In this document: positions 16,758 through 26,444 of the stretch, one piece after another | Layout: each line of letters begins with the position of its first letter | Position numbering within the stretch: position 1 is the first letter of the stretch | Source of the DNA: Chitinophagaceae bacterium | GTDB lineage: Bacteria > Bacteroidota > Bacteroidia > Chitinophagales > UBA10324 | DNA: 33,949 nucleotides | Assembly (NCBI GenBank): GCA_023251195.1 | Contig: JAHEZG010000004.1 | Span: 1-33,949 of the forward strand | Direction of reading: 5' to 3' | Translations under genes and position numbers: made by a program | Notes under the pieces: generated by a model | The model's database searches: none | Seen by the model: the letters and a program-made list of their open reading frames with translations, nothing else | What the model was told of the DNA's origin: nothing

Positions 16758-19754
16758 ATGTCTGATGCATTAGCGCATAAAATTTCTGACTTTAAACCAA
16801 GGGAAACCGAGGCAAAGCATATAATTAATTTATACCGCCTATTTAGTTTAATAGGTGCTTTAACTTATCCTGCTTTTTATTTTATTTTCAAATATGCGTA
16901 TCCCGAAAGTCACGATTCATTTTTATTAAGAGTTGTAATATCAGCAATGTGTTTTGGAATTTTTTTCATTTCGTTTTCAGAAAAAACATTTCTTAATTAT
17001 CTCAACAAAATTTTATACATCATTTCATTCAGTGCAGTCGCCCATTTTAACTATTTATTATGGCTGAATAATTTTCAGGTGTTTTATTACATCGGATTTA
17101 TTATGGTTGTATTTATTTTCAGTTTCACCTTTAAGCGACTTACTGATTTATGGATATTTTTAATTTTCTCTATTCTATCCATAGCGGTTTCATCTTTTAA
17201 TTTATTAGATCCACGCGATGCTTCATTTTATATTTTTTCATCCGGACTTTTATTTTCTGTTATTTCCATTGTGCTTTCAAATAAAATTCAGGCTGAAGAC
17301 GAAACAAGCCTTGGAACTTATTTATTAGAATCACTTTATCAGGAATCGCCTGATGCAATTATAATTGTTGAGAAGAAAGCCGATAAAATTCTTAGGATAA
17401 ATAAAAAGGCATTATCGCTTTTTAATATTGAGGATGAAGAAAAATTCGAATATCATCCGGTAAAAGAATTGATTGGAAGAGAGTTGAATAAATCAATGGC
17501 TATTTTAGAATTGAGCGTGCATGGCCGCCAGAATATTTGGGTGAACATTGCACGCGAAAATTTTTCAATTGAAGGCGAACATTATGGAATCATTCGGATA
17601 CTGGATATTTCTGATGATAAAAAGCTGGCCGATGAATTACGATTAAAAGATAATTTACTAAGCGGTGTTACTGAGGCGTGCAGCAGCTTGTTGTTGAAAA
17701 AAGATTTTCAATCAGCAATAAAAGGGGCCATTAAAATGCTTGGAAAAGCAACCCGGGTTGACCGGGTTTATGTTTATGAAAATAATACAGACAGTGTTTC
17801 CGGAAAAACAACATTCAGTCATCGTTATGAATGGATAAATGACACCGATTCATTCAGAATTAACCGAACAAAACTTCAAAATATTTTATACGAAGATTTT
17901 CTACCTCGCTGGCATTATGAGTTAAGTGGTGGTAATACAATCAAAGGAAATGTTCGAGATTTTACAGATAATGAACAAGCCATACTTCAACCAAGAGGAA
18001 CTCAATCTTTAATTGTCGTACCGATTTTTATTGATGAACGGTTCAGTGGTTTTATTGGATTTGATAATTGCCACAGCGAGCAGGATTGGAGCAACATTGA
18101 AGAAAGTATTTTACGAACAGCTGCTGCTGCAATTTCAGGCGCCATGAGCAAGCAATTAAAAGAGCGCGAAATTATTCTGGCAATGGAAGCAACTGAATCA
18201 GCTTCAAAAGCAAAAGAAAGTTTTTTAGCCAATGTGAGCCATGAAATCAGAACACCTATGAACGGCATTATAGGATTAACACAACTCATACAAAAATCAA
18301 AACTGGATGAAAAGCAATCGCAATACATTACCGCCATTAAACAATCATCAGAACATTTATTAGTCATCATAAATGATCTGCTGGACTTTTCAAAAATTGT
18401 TGCTGGCCAAATGGAATTCGAAAATATTGAGTTTGATTTATCTTCATTACTTTACAACATCAATCAGACTTATGGTAATCGTGCTTTGGATAAAGGAATT
18501 TTTTTACACTCAGATGTTGGAGAAAATGTTCCTAAAAAACTATTGGGTGACCCTGTTCGGTTGAACCAGGTGCTGGTTAATCTGGTTGGTAATTCAATAA
18601 AATTTACAGAACAAGGAGGGGTTACTATTCAGATAAAATGTCTGGAAGAAAAAAACAATTCAATCAACCTTCAATTCAGTATTAATGATACAGGAATTGG
18701 AATTCCTGAAGATAAAAGAGAAACCATATTCGAAAGTTTTAAGCAAGCAGAAAAAGATACTGCACGCAAGTATGGCGGAACAGGATTAGGATTAAGTATT
18801 GTAAAAAAAATATTAGACGCCCAAAATGGAAAAATCAGGATAGAAAGCGAACCAGGAAAGGGCTCCAGTTTTATTTTTGATTTATCATTTGAAATTCCGA
18901 CCTCAGAAAAAATAAAAACTACAGCTACGGTAATATATCATCAACTTACCGGAGTTAATATTTTGTTGGCTGAAGATAATATGGTGAACCAGCTTTTAGC
19001 AAATGATTTAATTGCAGAGTGGGGCGCTCAAATTGATATTGCTGACAATGGAGAAATTGCAGTAAATAAACTTCGACAGAAAAAATATGATTTGATTTTA
19101 ATGGATGTTCAAATGCCGGTTGTTAATGGATTAGAAGCAACCGAAATCATTCGAAAGTACTCTGATGAATCAATTAATAAAATTCCAATTATTGCCATGA
19201 CTGCAAACGCCATAAAAGGAGATAATGAAAAATGTTTTGCAGCAGGTATGAACGATTACATTACCAAACCGTTTAAACCACTTGATTTAAATAATAAAAT
19301 CTGGCAGTATATTTCAGATGAAAAAAAGTGTGCTGCCGAAGGAAAAAACTTACTAACTAAAAACGCATTATTCGTGGAACAGGAATTTACATCAACCATT
19401 ATTGATCTTATTAACCTGAAAGAATTCTCCAGGGGAAAAAATGATTTCCTGGTAAAAATGCTGAAACTATTAATTGATCAAACTCCACCAGCCGTTCAGC
19501 AAATAGGTGAATCGATACCTAAAAATGATTGGGAGACCGTTCGGGGGCTTGCCCATAAAATGAAACCAAACATTGGCCTGCTCGGAAATCAGGATTTGAA
19601 TGAGTTGATTTTGAAATTAGAAAAAAACGCCGATTCAAAAACAGAATTGGAATTACTACCCGATATATTTAACAACTTCAACCAGTTATTAATACCTGCT
19701 ATGAACGAGGCTAAAAGAGCACTTGACTTTTATAGCAACTTTAAGGCGCAATAA
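16758..19754 (+). CDS. Hybrid sensor histidine kinase (multi-TM sensor, PAS, GAF, HisKA, HATPase_c, REC, Hpt)
   Basis: Start set to the first ATG (MSDALAHK...). About 6 hydrophobic helices. H-box SHEIRTPMNGI, N-box LVGNSIKFT, G-boxes DTGIGI and GGTGLGLSIV. REC has DLILMDVQMP and TKPF. Hpt has AHKMKPNIGLLG. Confidence 0.9.
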   Translation: MSDALAHKISDFKPRETEAKHIINLYRLFSLIGALTYPAFYFIFKYAYPESHDSFLLRVVISAMCFGIFFISFSEKTFLNYLNKILYIISFSAVAHFNYLLWLNNFQVFYYIGFIMVVFIFSFTFKRLTDLWIFLIFSILSIAVSSFNLLDPRDASFYIFSSGLLFSVISIVLSNKIQAEDETSLGTYLLESLYQESPDAIIIVEKKADKILRINKKALSLFNIEDEEKFEYHPVKELIGRELNKSMAILELSVHGRQNIWVNIARENFSIEGEHYGIIRILDISDDKKLADELRLKDNLLSGVTEACSSLLLKKDFQSAIKGAIKMLGKATRVDRVYVYENNTDSVSGKTTFSHRYEWINDTDSFRINRTKLQNILYEDFLPRWHYELSGGNTIKGNVRDFTDNEQAILQPRGTQSLIVVPIFIDERFSGFIGFDNCHSEQDWSNIEESILRTAAAAISGAMSKQLKEREIILAMEATESASKAKESFLANVSHEIRTPMNGIIGLTQLIQKSKLDEKQSQYITAIKQSSEHLLVIINDLLDFSKIVAGQMEFENIEFDLSSLLYNINQTYGNRALDKGIFLHSDVGENVPKKLLGDPVRLNQVLVNLVGNSIKFTEQGGVTIQIKCLEEKNNSINLQFSINDTGIGIPEDKRETIFESFKQAEKDTARKYGGTGLGLSIVKKILDAQNGKIRIESEPGKGSSFIFDLSFEIPTSEKIKTTATVIYHQLTGVNILLAEDNMVNQLLANDLIAEWGAQIDIADNGEIAVNKLRQKKYDLILMDVQMPVVNGLEATEIIRKYSDESINKIPIIAMTANAIKGDNEKCFAAGMNDYITKPFKPLDLNNKIWQYISDEKKCAAEGKNLLTKNALFVEQEFTSTIIDLINLKEFSRGKNDFLVKMLKLLIDQTPPAVQQIGESIPKNDWETVRGLAHKMKPNIGLLGNQDLNELILKLEKNADSKTELELLPDIFNNFNQLLIPAMNEAKRALDFYSNFKAQ

Positions 19755-19882
19755 AACAGTAACAATTATTTTATTTAAAAAATTTTGATTTTTAATAAAT
19801 TCAATGAACCCGTTATTTGGTTTATTAAACCGAAATAAATTCCACCCCATCGAAACTTATTAGCTTGGTGTGTTCATATAAA

Positions 19883-19890
19883 TACATTTG
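19883..19890 (+). promoter_or_regulatory. Candidate -7 promoter box TACATTTG upstream of the CheY-like gene
   Basis: Exact TAnnTTTG match 32 nt upstream of the ATG at 19922, with a TTG at 19865-19867. Confidence 0.3.
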
Positions 19891-19921
19891 GTCATTAATA
19901 AAAACACCCGGATAATATTAA

Positions 19922-20299
19922 ATGAAAAAAACACTTCTCATTGTTGACGATGAATTAAGCATTCGTCTGCTATTGGAACATTTTCTTGGTGAAGAATACA
20001 ATGTTGTTACAACAGAAGATGGAATGAAAGCATTCAATTGGCTAGAAAAAGGGAATCATACCGATTTGATTTTAGCCGATCTTGAAATGCCGGTGCTTGA
20101 TGGATTTGAATTATTGTTAAAACTACGAAGCAACAAAATCACCGAAACCATTCCGTGTATGGTTGTTACCGGTAAGGCTAAAACAGATAACTACATGAAA
20201 TCTTTCAGGCTTGGAGCAAGCGATTTTTTACAAAAACCTTTTACACCGGAAGAAATAAAATCAAGGATTGAAATAATTTTAAAAGAAAAGGCACTTTAA
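19922..20299 (+). CDS. Stand-alone receiver domain response regulator (CheY-like)
   Basis: 125 aa. Has the acidic pair VDDE, the phospho-acceptor context LILADLEMP, VVTGK and QKPF. Confidence 0.9.
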   Translation: MKKTLLIVDDELSIRLLLEHFLGEEYNVVTTEDGMKAFNWLEKGNHTDLILADLEMPVLDGFELLLKLRSNKITETIPCMVVTGKAKTDNYMKSFRLGASDFLQKPFTPEEIKSRIEIILKEKAL

Positions 20300-20320
20300 T
20301 AATACTCAATTGAGCGGAAG

Positions 20321-20734
20321 ATGACGATCGTTTTTGTTAATCAGGATAAAATATTAAGGGAATCTTTTCTTGAGACTTTTCAGCAAACCAATAAAGTTTA
20401 TTGTTTTAATGAAATGTTTGAAGCATATAAATGGATGAAAAAAAGTCTGGTTCCGCCAAATATGATTGTTACAGAAGTTGATTTGGTTGACCCATCGGGC
20501 CTTCAATCTTTAAAATTTCTCGAAACAAAAAGCAAACTTAAAGACACACTCTTAATTGCTTTTACCCCTGAAAATATTGAGCGAGATCAAATTTCTTATG
20601 TTGTATCAGAGGGAGCCGATGCCGTTTTCAGTAAACCCACACTACTTAGTGATATGAGTTCTTATTTAAAGTTTCTTGAATCTCCGCGAACCGGCTCTAT
20701 TGCAAAACCCAAAATGCAAGCACACAAAAAGTAA
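20321..20734 (+). CDS. Degenerate (pseudo-)receiver domain protein
   Basis: 137 aa. It aligns by eye to the neighbouring REC: VNQD replaces VDDE, MIVTEVDLVDPSGL aligns with LILADLEMPVLDGF (Glu52 at the Asp position), while Thr82 and Lys105-Pro106 are retained. Confidence 0.55.
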   Translation: MTIVFVNQDKILRESFLETFQQTNKVYCFNEMFEAYKWMKKSLVPPNMIVTEVDLVDPSGLQSLKFLETKSKLKDTLLIAFTPENIERDQISYVVSEGADAVFSKPTLLSDMSSYLKFLESPRTGSIAKPKMQAHKK

Positions 20735-20835
20735 GCTGCGGTTCAATACTCGTTTAAGGGTTAATATTTCTTTAATATCGATTATAAATTTTATTTAGAA
20801 GTTAATATTATTTTTGACCGACATAGATTTTCAAT

Positions 20836-21522
20836 ATGAAGTGTTTAGTAGTAGATGACGATAAAATTTCACGCGAATTAGTGTGTGAGTGCATTAAAGA
20901 AACCGAAGACCTAATACTGTCAAGTGTTTGCAATAATGGCATTGAAGCATCAAATTTTCTTAGTAATAATGAAGTAGACTTAATTTTTCTGGATGTGGAA
21001 ATGCCTAAAATGAACGGGCTCGATTTATTAAAAAGCCTGAATCATAAACCGCAGGTAATTTTGGTTACCGCAAAAGAAAAATATGCTGTTGAGGCATTTG
21101 AATACGAAGTAACTGATTACCTCGTGAAACCAATTAATCATTCACGATTTGTTAAGGCGGTTCAAAAGGCCAGGGCAAAAAATAAACCCTCACAAATTGA
21201 ATCGGTAAAAGCGGGTAATATTTTTATTAAAGTTGACTCTGAATTAATTAACCTGCCAACCACAGATATATTATGGATTGAAGCATTGGGTGACTATGTG
21301 AATTTTATTACCGCCGTAAAAAAGTATGTGGTATTAAGCACCATGAAAAATATTGAGGCAAAATTACCCGGAGCCGAATTTGTGAGAGTTCACAGGTCTT
21401 ACCTGGTACGCATTGATAAAATAAAAAAGATATCAGAGGATATTTTACTGGTAGAAAATAAGCTGATACCGGTAAGTAAGTCATACAAAAAAGAATTGCT
21501 GGATCGTTTAACCACTCTGTGA
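20836..21522 (+). CDS. LytR/AlgR family response regulator (REC + LytTR DNA-binding domain)
   Basis: 228 aa. REC motifs are VVDDD, DLIFLDVEMPKMNG and VKPI. The C-terminal LytTR domain includes FVRVHRSYLVRIDKI. Confidence 0.9.
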   Translation: MKCLVVDDDKISRELVCECIKETEDLILSSVCNNGIEASNFLSNNEVDLIFLDVEMPKMNGLDLLKSLNHKPQVILVTAKEKYAVEAFEYEVTDYLVKPINHSRFVKAVQKARAKNKPSQIESVKAGNIFIKVDSELINLPTTDILWIEALGDYVNFITAVKKYVVLSTMKNIEAKLPGAEFVRVHRSYLVRIDKIKKISEDILLVENKLIPVSKSYKKELLDRLTTL

Positions 21523-23198
21523 AAAAATCAGCAGGCGCATTATTATTTTTTTACAAAACAATTTTTTCGTTCGTCTTCATTTGTATTTGCGGCTGCGCTA
21601 ATGTGGTTGCGCCAACCGGCGGAGAGAGAGATGTTACAGCACCGAAAATTCTTTCCGCATCACCGAAAAATTTAACAACCAATTTTAAGAGTAAAGAGAT
21701 TCGTATTTCGCTCGATGAATATTTCGCGCTGAACAATCCTGCTGAGGAAATTTATTTGTCGCCGATTGTGAACGGAAAACTGAAATGGAAAACCAGAAAA
21801 AGAAATTTGATTATCACACTTCCGGATTCACTGAAAGAAAACACAACTTACACCATTCATTTCGGAAATTCAATTGCAGATATTTCTGAGGGAAATAAAT
21901 TGGAAGGATTCAATTATGTTTTTTCAACCGGCGATGTGATTGATTCATTTCGCATTCAGGGAATTTTGTCAGATGCAAAAACACAAAAGCCGCAGAAAGG
22001 ATTTTTAGTGATGTTGTATTCTTCAACTGATGATTCTGTAGTGGCAAAGAGAAAGCCCGACTACTTTGCGCGAACAGATGAAAGCGGACAATTTGTTTTA
22101 GACCATTTGCACGAAGGAAATTATCGTCTGTTTTGTTTGAGCGACCAGAATTTGAATTATCTCTACGACCAGCCTAATGAAGAAATTGCTTTTGTGGATT
22201 CAATGATTTCCATTCACGATACAACGGCATTCTATTCTTTGAATTCATTTCTTCCAACAACAGATAAAACTGTTTTGCTTTCGGCTTCAACGAGCGACAA
22301 CAAAAAAATCTCTTTTGCTTTCAACCATGCAGTGAAAGATTTTCCATTGCAATTAATCTCTGATTCTTCTCAGATTTTGTTTCAATCAAAAAATAGAACA
22401 GGTGACACACTTTATGCCTGGACTGCATCGAAGCAAGCAGACAGTATTTTTTTTCAACTGAACCTGAATAACAAAACCGACACAGTTGGTGTGCGATTAA
22501 AATCAAATGTTACTCCCCCGAAGGGATTGAATGCTAAATTTTCTATTCGTACGAATCTTGTGGGTTCGAAAAATAATTATGGCTTAATGCCTTTACTGAA
22601 ATTCGAATTGTATTTCACTTATCCATTAAAGAGTGTTGCAAAGGATATTCTGCCTTCAGTAATTATTGATACATCGAAAGAATTGAAGCGAACATTAATC
22701 TTAAAACGGATTGATTCGCTTACACAATTCCCCTATGCCAGCTGCAATTTTGAATTTCAACCCGAACTGAAATACAAAGTGATTATTCCCGCAGGATTGT
22801 TTGAAGATGTGTATGGAAATAAAAACGACAGCGCAGTTTTTGAATTCAAGCGACTATCAAGCACTGAAACCGGAAATTTGAAACTGACTGTTACACTAAA
22901 AGATTCTGCGCATCATTACATTGCGCAATTAAAGTTTGCGGATTCAATAGTTAAAGAGTGGAGTCTTGAAAATGGAAAAAATATTTTCTCACTTCAATCT
23001 TTAAATCCCGGTGCATACAAACTGCAATTCATTCGGGATGAAAACGGAAATGGCAAATGGGATTCAGGTGATTACTGGAAAAAGAAACAACCCGAAAAAA
23101 TTATTTTATACAACAAGGAAATTACTGTTCGCCCGAATTGGGATTTAGAAATTGATACAGAAGTTGGTGCATCTTCATTAGGGAAAATGAAAAAGTAA
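21519..23198 (+). CDS. Ig-like (SbsA/Big_5-type) domain lipoprotein, function unknown
   Basis: 559 aa. The GTG start overlaps the lytTR stop (GTGA). Signal peptide with Cys (FICICGC) is followed by APTGGERDVTAPKI, the usual start of Bacteroidota Ig-like domain lipoproteins. Confidence 0.6.
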   Translation: MKKSAGALLFFYKTIFSFVFICICGCANVVAPTGGERDVTAPKILSASPKNLTTNFKSKEIRISLDEYFALNNPAEEIYLSPIVNGKLKWKTRKRNLIITLPDSLKENTTYTIHFGNSIADISEGNKLEGFNYVFSTGDVIDSFRIQGILSDAKTQKPQKGFLVMLYSSTDDSVVAKRKPDYFARTDESGQFVLDHLHEGNYRLFCLSDQNLNYLYDQPNEEIAFVDSMISIHDTTAFYSLNSFLPTTDKTVLLSASTSDNKKISFAFNHAVKDFPLQLISDSSQILFQSKNRTGDTLYAWTASKQADSIFFQLNLNNKTDTVGVRLKSNVTPPKGLNAKFSIRTNLVGSKNNYGLMPLLKFELYFTYPLKSVAKDILPSVIIDTSKELKRTLILKRIDSLTQFPYASCNFEFQPELKYKVIIPAGLFEDVYGNKNDSAVFEFKRLSSTETGNLKLTVTLKDSAHHYIAQLKFADSIVKEWSLENGKNIFSLQSLNPGAYKLQFIRDENGNGKWDSGDYWKKKQPEKIILYNKEITVRPNWDLEIDTEVGASSLGKMKK

Positions 23199-23214
23199 TT
23201 ATCTACCACTTCTA

Positions 23215-23232
23215 AATTCCAACTTCGGAATT
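23215..23232. terminator. Weak hairpin between convergent genes (aattcc-aacttc-ggaatt)
   Basis: 6-bp AT-rich stem with no T-run. It overlaps the stop of the gamma-CA-like gene. Confidence 0.25.
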
Positions 23233-23750
23233 CAAACTTGCTTGAACCACTCCGAATACATCACATAATTATTTGCGATGCGCATATTGATTTGTTCGAA
23301 ATGTTCGGGGCTTATCTCTTTCACTTTTTTTGCCGGAACACCTGCGTAAATGGAACCCGACTCTACTCTCGTATTTTCCAGTACAACAGAACCTGCTGCT
23401 ATTAAAGAATTTTTTTCTACAACTGCATGGTCCATTACAATAGCGCCCATACCCACGAGCACATTATCTTCCAGTGTACATCCATGCACGATTGCATTGT
23501 GCCCGACAGAAACATTGTTGCCTATTGTAGTTGCTGCCTTATGATAAGTGCAGTGAATGATAGCGCCATCCTGTATGTTCACCTTGTTACCCATGCGAAT
23601 GGAATTCACATCGCCGCGCACAACCGCATTGAACCACACTGAACAATCGTCACCCATTATCACCTCACCAATAACAATTGCCGTTTCAGCGAGATAATTA
23701 TTTTTTCCAAACACAGGAGTGAAACCGCGAACAGATTTTATTAAAGCCAT
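23232..23750 (-). CDS. Gamma-carbonic-anhydrase-like / hexapeptide-repeat (LbH) protein (PaaY/YrdA family)
   Basis: 172 aa with repeated [LIV]-G-x4 hexapeptides (IGNNVSVGHNAIVHGCTLEDNVLVGMGAIV). Confidence 0.85.
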   Translation of the reverse strand: MALIKSVRGFTPVFGKNNYLAETAIVIGEVIMGDDCSVWFNAVVRGDVNSIRMGNKVNIQDGAIIHCTYHKAATTIGNNVSVGHNAIVHGCTLEDNVLVGMGAIVMDHAVVEKNSLIAAGSVVLENTRVESGSIYAGVPAKKVKEISPEHFEQINMRIANNYVMYSEWFKQV

Positions 23751-23759
23751 TGAGAAAAA

Positions 23760-26384
23760 TTATTTCTGAATTTGAATATTAAAGCCGTCGCTCTGCTTTT
23801 CGTTTATTTCGTCGAGTTTCTTTTGAATGTATTGAATGTCGTTGTCGAGCGAGCGGTTTTCGGAGCGCTTTAATTCCAGTTCATTTTTTATTTGCGAGAG
23901 AACTCCCGAAGCAGACAATTTCACCCACAAATCTTTTGAATCATTCAGCGCTGTTACAGCAAGCAAATCAACTCCCTTCATTCTTGTTTCTGAATTTGTA
24001 TTGACGAGATAAGTTTTCATTGCAGTCAGCACCGAAAAAATTGCGTATCCATTCGCAGTGTTTAATTTGTCTTCAAACCAAGAGTAATCATCCACACTTC
24101 CTTTATCCGCGAAAATTGTAGAAAGGGAATAATTCAAATCGTTTGTGCTTTCATTTTTCAACGACAAAGCAAGTGTGTATGCCTTGTCTGGATTTCTCAC
24201 TTTTAGTATTTCAAGAGTGGTTGCTATTACTGAGTAAGAACTGTCATTAACAGAATAGCTAAGCACTTCATTAGTTAGCGATTCATTTGCAAGTAAATTA
24301 ATTTTTATGAGAGCCGCCACACGCACATGCGGATTAGGGTCTGATTTTACCAATGAAACCAAAATCGGTTTTGCTTGAGTAATTGTTTTTTCGTCATCCA
24401 GCGCAATCATCTCAACGGCACTTTTCCGGATGAACCAGAATTGATCATTCATTGCCTCAATCAATGCGAGGCGCGATGGTTCATCTAAATCCTGTTCATT
24501 TTGAAAATGCTCAACAGACTCATATCTGTCCATGAAAAGCGGAGCGTGTTTGAACTGAAACACAAATTCTGAATCACTTTTAATGTCTGTCTTCTCCCAC
24601 AAAATACTTTTTGTTGCATCCACATTTATCAAATCAGGTTTTGTGTAAGCAGGGAATGAAAATGTTTGTCGCGCTTTATTCATAACCACACGATAGCGTT
24701 TTGTTTCTCCTCCCGAATAAACATCCACATCAATCGGCAAGCGAAATATTGGAGTGCCGGTTGTTGTGTCTTGTGTTTGTTCAATCGTTACAAACTCTGC
24801 ATTCGATTCATCGCTGTAAGTATAATTGATTGTTACACTTGGATGCCCCGGTGATAAATAATATTCATTGAAGAACCAGTTCAAATCTTCTCCGGTCACT
24901 TTTTCAAATGCCATTCTGAGTGTGTGCACTTCTCCGGTTCCGAATTTATTTTCGGTGAGATATACATTGAGTGATTTGAAGAATGCTTCATCGCCAACAT
25001 AATTGCGCAACATATTTAACACACAACCACCGCGCTGATAACTGTTTGCATCAAATAAATCTTCCTGGCTTTCGTAGTGATAACGAATCAGTGGAACCGG
25101 ATTGGAAGCCGCAGCAAGCAGGTAAGTATTTTTATCATTATAAACCTGTAAGTCGTGCGCATCTTTTCCATTCTTGTGTTCTGCCCACAGCGCTTCAGAA
25201 TAATCGGCGAATGACTCGTTGAGCGAAATGTTCGACCACGATTCGCATGTAACCAAATCACCAAACCAGTGATGAAATAATTCGTGACAAATAATATCGT
25301 CGTGATTGCCATCAATCATTTCGCGGTGTGTTTGATTCAGCGCATCATAGTGAACAACAGCAGTTGTGTTTTCCATTGCACCCGAAACAAAATCGCGAAC
25401 AATTATCTGCGAATACTTGGGCCACACATAATCAATACCCAGCAGCTTACTGTAACACTCAATCATTTCAGGTGTTCTTCCGAAAATTTCTTTTGCATAA
25501 GCCGAATATTCAGGCTCTACATAATAATCTACCGGTATGTTGCGCCACTTGTCGTGTGTGATTATAAAATCGCCAACCGCCATCATCACTAAGTAAGGTG
25601 CAATAGGTAAATCCATTTTCCAGTGGTCGGTGCGCGTTCCGTTTTTATTATTTTTTGAATCGAGCATTAAACCATTCGAGAGTGTTACATACTGCGTGTC
25701 AACAGTCATGTAAATTTCAATCAGTGTTTTCATGTTCGGTTTATCAATGGTTGGATACCACGCCGAGTTCGATTCTGTTTCGCCCTGTGTCCAGATTTGT
25801 TTTGGTTTGTTTGGCTCCTCACCTTTCGGATTGATGAAGTACAAACCTTTTGCATCAGTGATTGCTGCGCTGCCTTCTGTTGCGCGTTCATTGGGCTTCG
25901 CTTTATAATCAATGAACAAAGTGTACTGCTCGTTTCTTGTGTAAGTCTTGTCTAAGAAAATATGAAGCTGCAATGAATCATACACATACTGTAACAGTTT
26001 ATTTCCCGCAGTAGAAACCATTTCCACTTTATAAATATCAAATCCTTTTGCATCAAGTGTTAAAGAATCAGTCGGATAAAAGTGCGGCTTCAAAGTGATG
26101 GTAGCTTTGCCGGGCATGTACTGATGTTCCCAATCAAAACTCACTTCGAGCTTGGTGCTGATAATATCATTCATGATGGTGTGCGAGGCATGATACTCGC
26201 CAACCGGAGTTACATCAGCGTCTTCTGCTTCGCTGTTGTAAGAATCAGAATCGTAAGGTATTTCAGGAACATCTGTGGGATAATAATCTCGTCCGCGAAA
26301 AATTTTGCAACCGGAATTTAATGAGATGATGAGGAGAGAAAATAAAAGAAGGGAGAGAAATGTTTTGTTTGAAATTAATTTCAT
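23760..26384 (-). CDS. M1 family metallopeptidase (aminopeptidase N-like) lipoprotein with helical C-terminal repeat domain
   Basis: Start trimmed to ATG 26384 (MKLISNKTFLSLLLFSLLIISLNSGC, signal peptide plus lipobox; 874 aa). Motifs GAMENT and HELFHHWFGD followed by NESFADY (HExxH-x18-E). Confidence 0.9.
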   Translation of the reverse strand: MKLISNKTFLSLLLFSLLIISLNSGCKIFRGRDYYPTDVPEIPYDSDSYNSEAEDADVTPVGEYHASHTIMNDIISTKLEVSFDWEHQYMPGKATITLKPHFYPTDSLTLDAKGFDIYKVEMVSTAGNKLLQYVYDSLQLHIFLDKTYTRNEQYTLFIDYKAKPNERATEGSAAITDAKGLYFINPKGEEPNKPKQIWTQGETESNSAWYPTIDKPNMKTLIEIYMTVDTQYVTLSNGLMLDSKNNKNGTRTDHWKMDLPIAPYLVMMAVGDFIITHDKWRNIPVDYYVEPEYSAYAKEIFGRTPEMIECYSKLLGIDYVWPKYSQIIVRDFVSGAMENTTAVVHYDALNQTHREMIDGNHDDIICHELFHHWFGDLVTCESWSNISLNESFADYSEALWAEHKNGKDAHDLQVYNDKNTYLLAAASNPVPLIRYHYESQEDLFDANSYQRGGCVLNMLRNYVGDEAFFKSLNVYLTENKFGTGEVHTLRMAFEKVTGEDLNWFFNEYYLSPGHPSVTINYTYSDESNAEFVTIEQTQDTTTGTPIFRLPIDVDVYSGGETKRYRVVMNKARQTFSFPAYTKPDLINVDATKSILWEKTDIKSDSEFVFQFKHAPLFMDRYESVEHFQNEQDLDEPSRLALIEAMNDQFWFIRKSAVEMIALDDEKTITQAKPILVSLVKSDPNPHVRVAALIKINLLANESLTNEVLSYSVNDSSYSVIATTLEILKVRNPDKAYTLALSLKNESTNDLNYSLSTIFADKGSVDDYSWFEDKLNTANGYAIFSVLTAMKTYLVNTNSETRMKGVDLLAVTALNDSKDLWVKLSASGVLSQIKNELELKRSENRSLDNDIQYIQKKLDEINEKQSDGFNIQIQK

Positions 26385-26444
26385 GTTGAGTTTGTGTTCG
26401 GAAACAAACCTAATGGAATTATCTTTAACCCACATAATTGCACC

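Noticed and set aside
20760-20809. GTTAATATT / TTAATAT repeats upstream of the lytTR gene as possible LytTR binding sites
   Set aside because: These are 7-9-mers made only of A/T in a very AT-rich spacer. Their spacing (11 and 41 nt) does not fit the usual 9-bp repeats separated by 12-13 nt. Chance cannot be excluded.
23999-24010. Third partial match (attgacgagat) to the direct repeat flanking the AlbA_2 gene, inside the M1 peptidase gene
   Set aside because: Only 10-11 nt match, inside a conserved coding region. I kept it only as a caution that short matches of this kind arise by chance.
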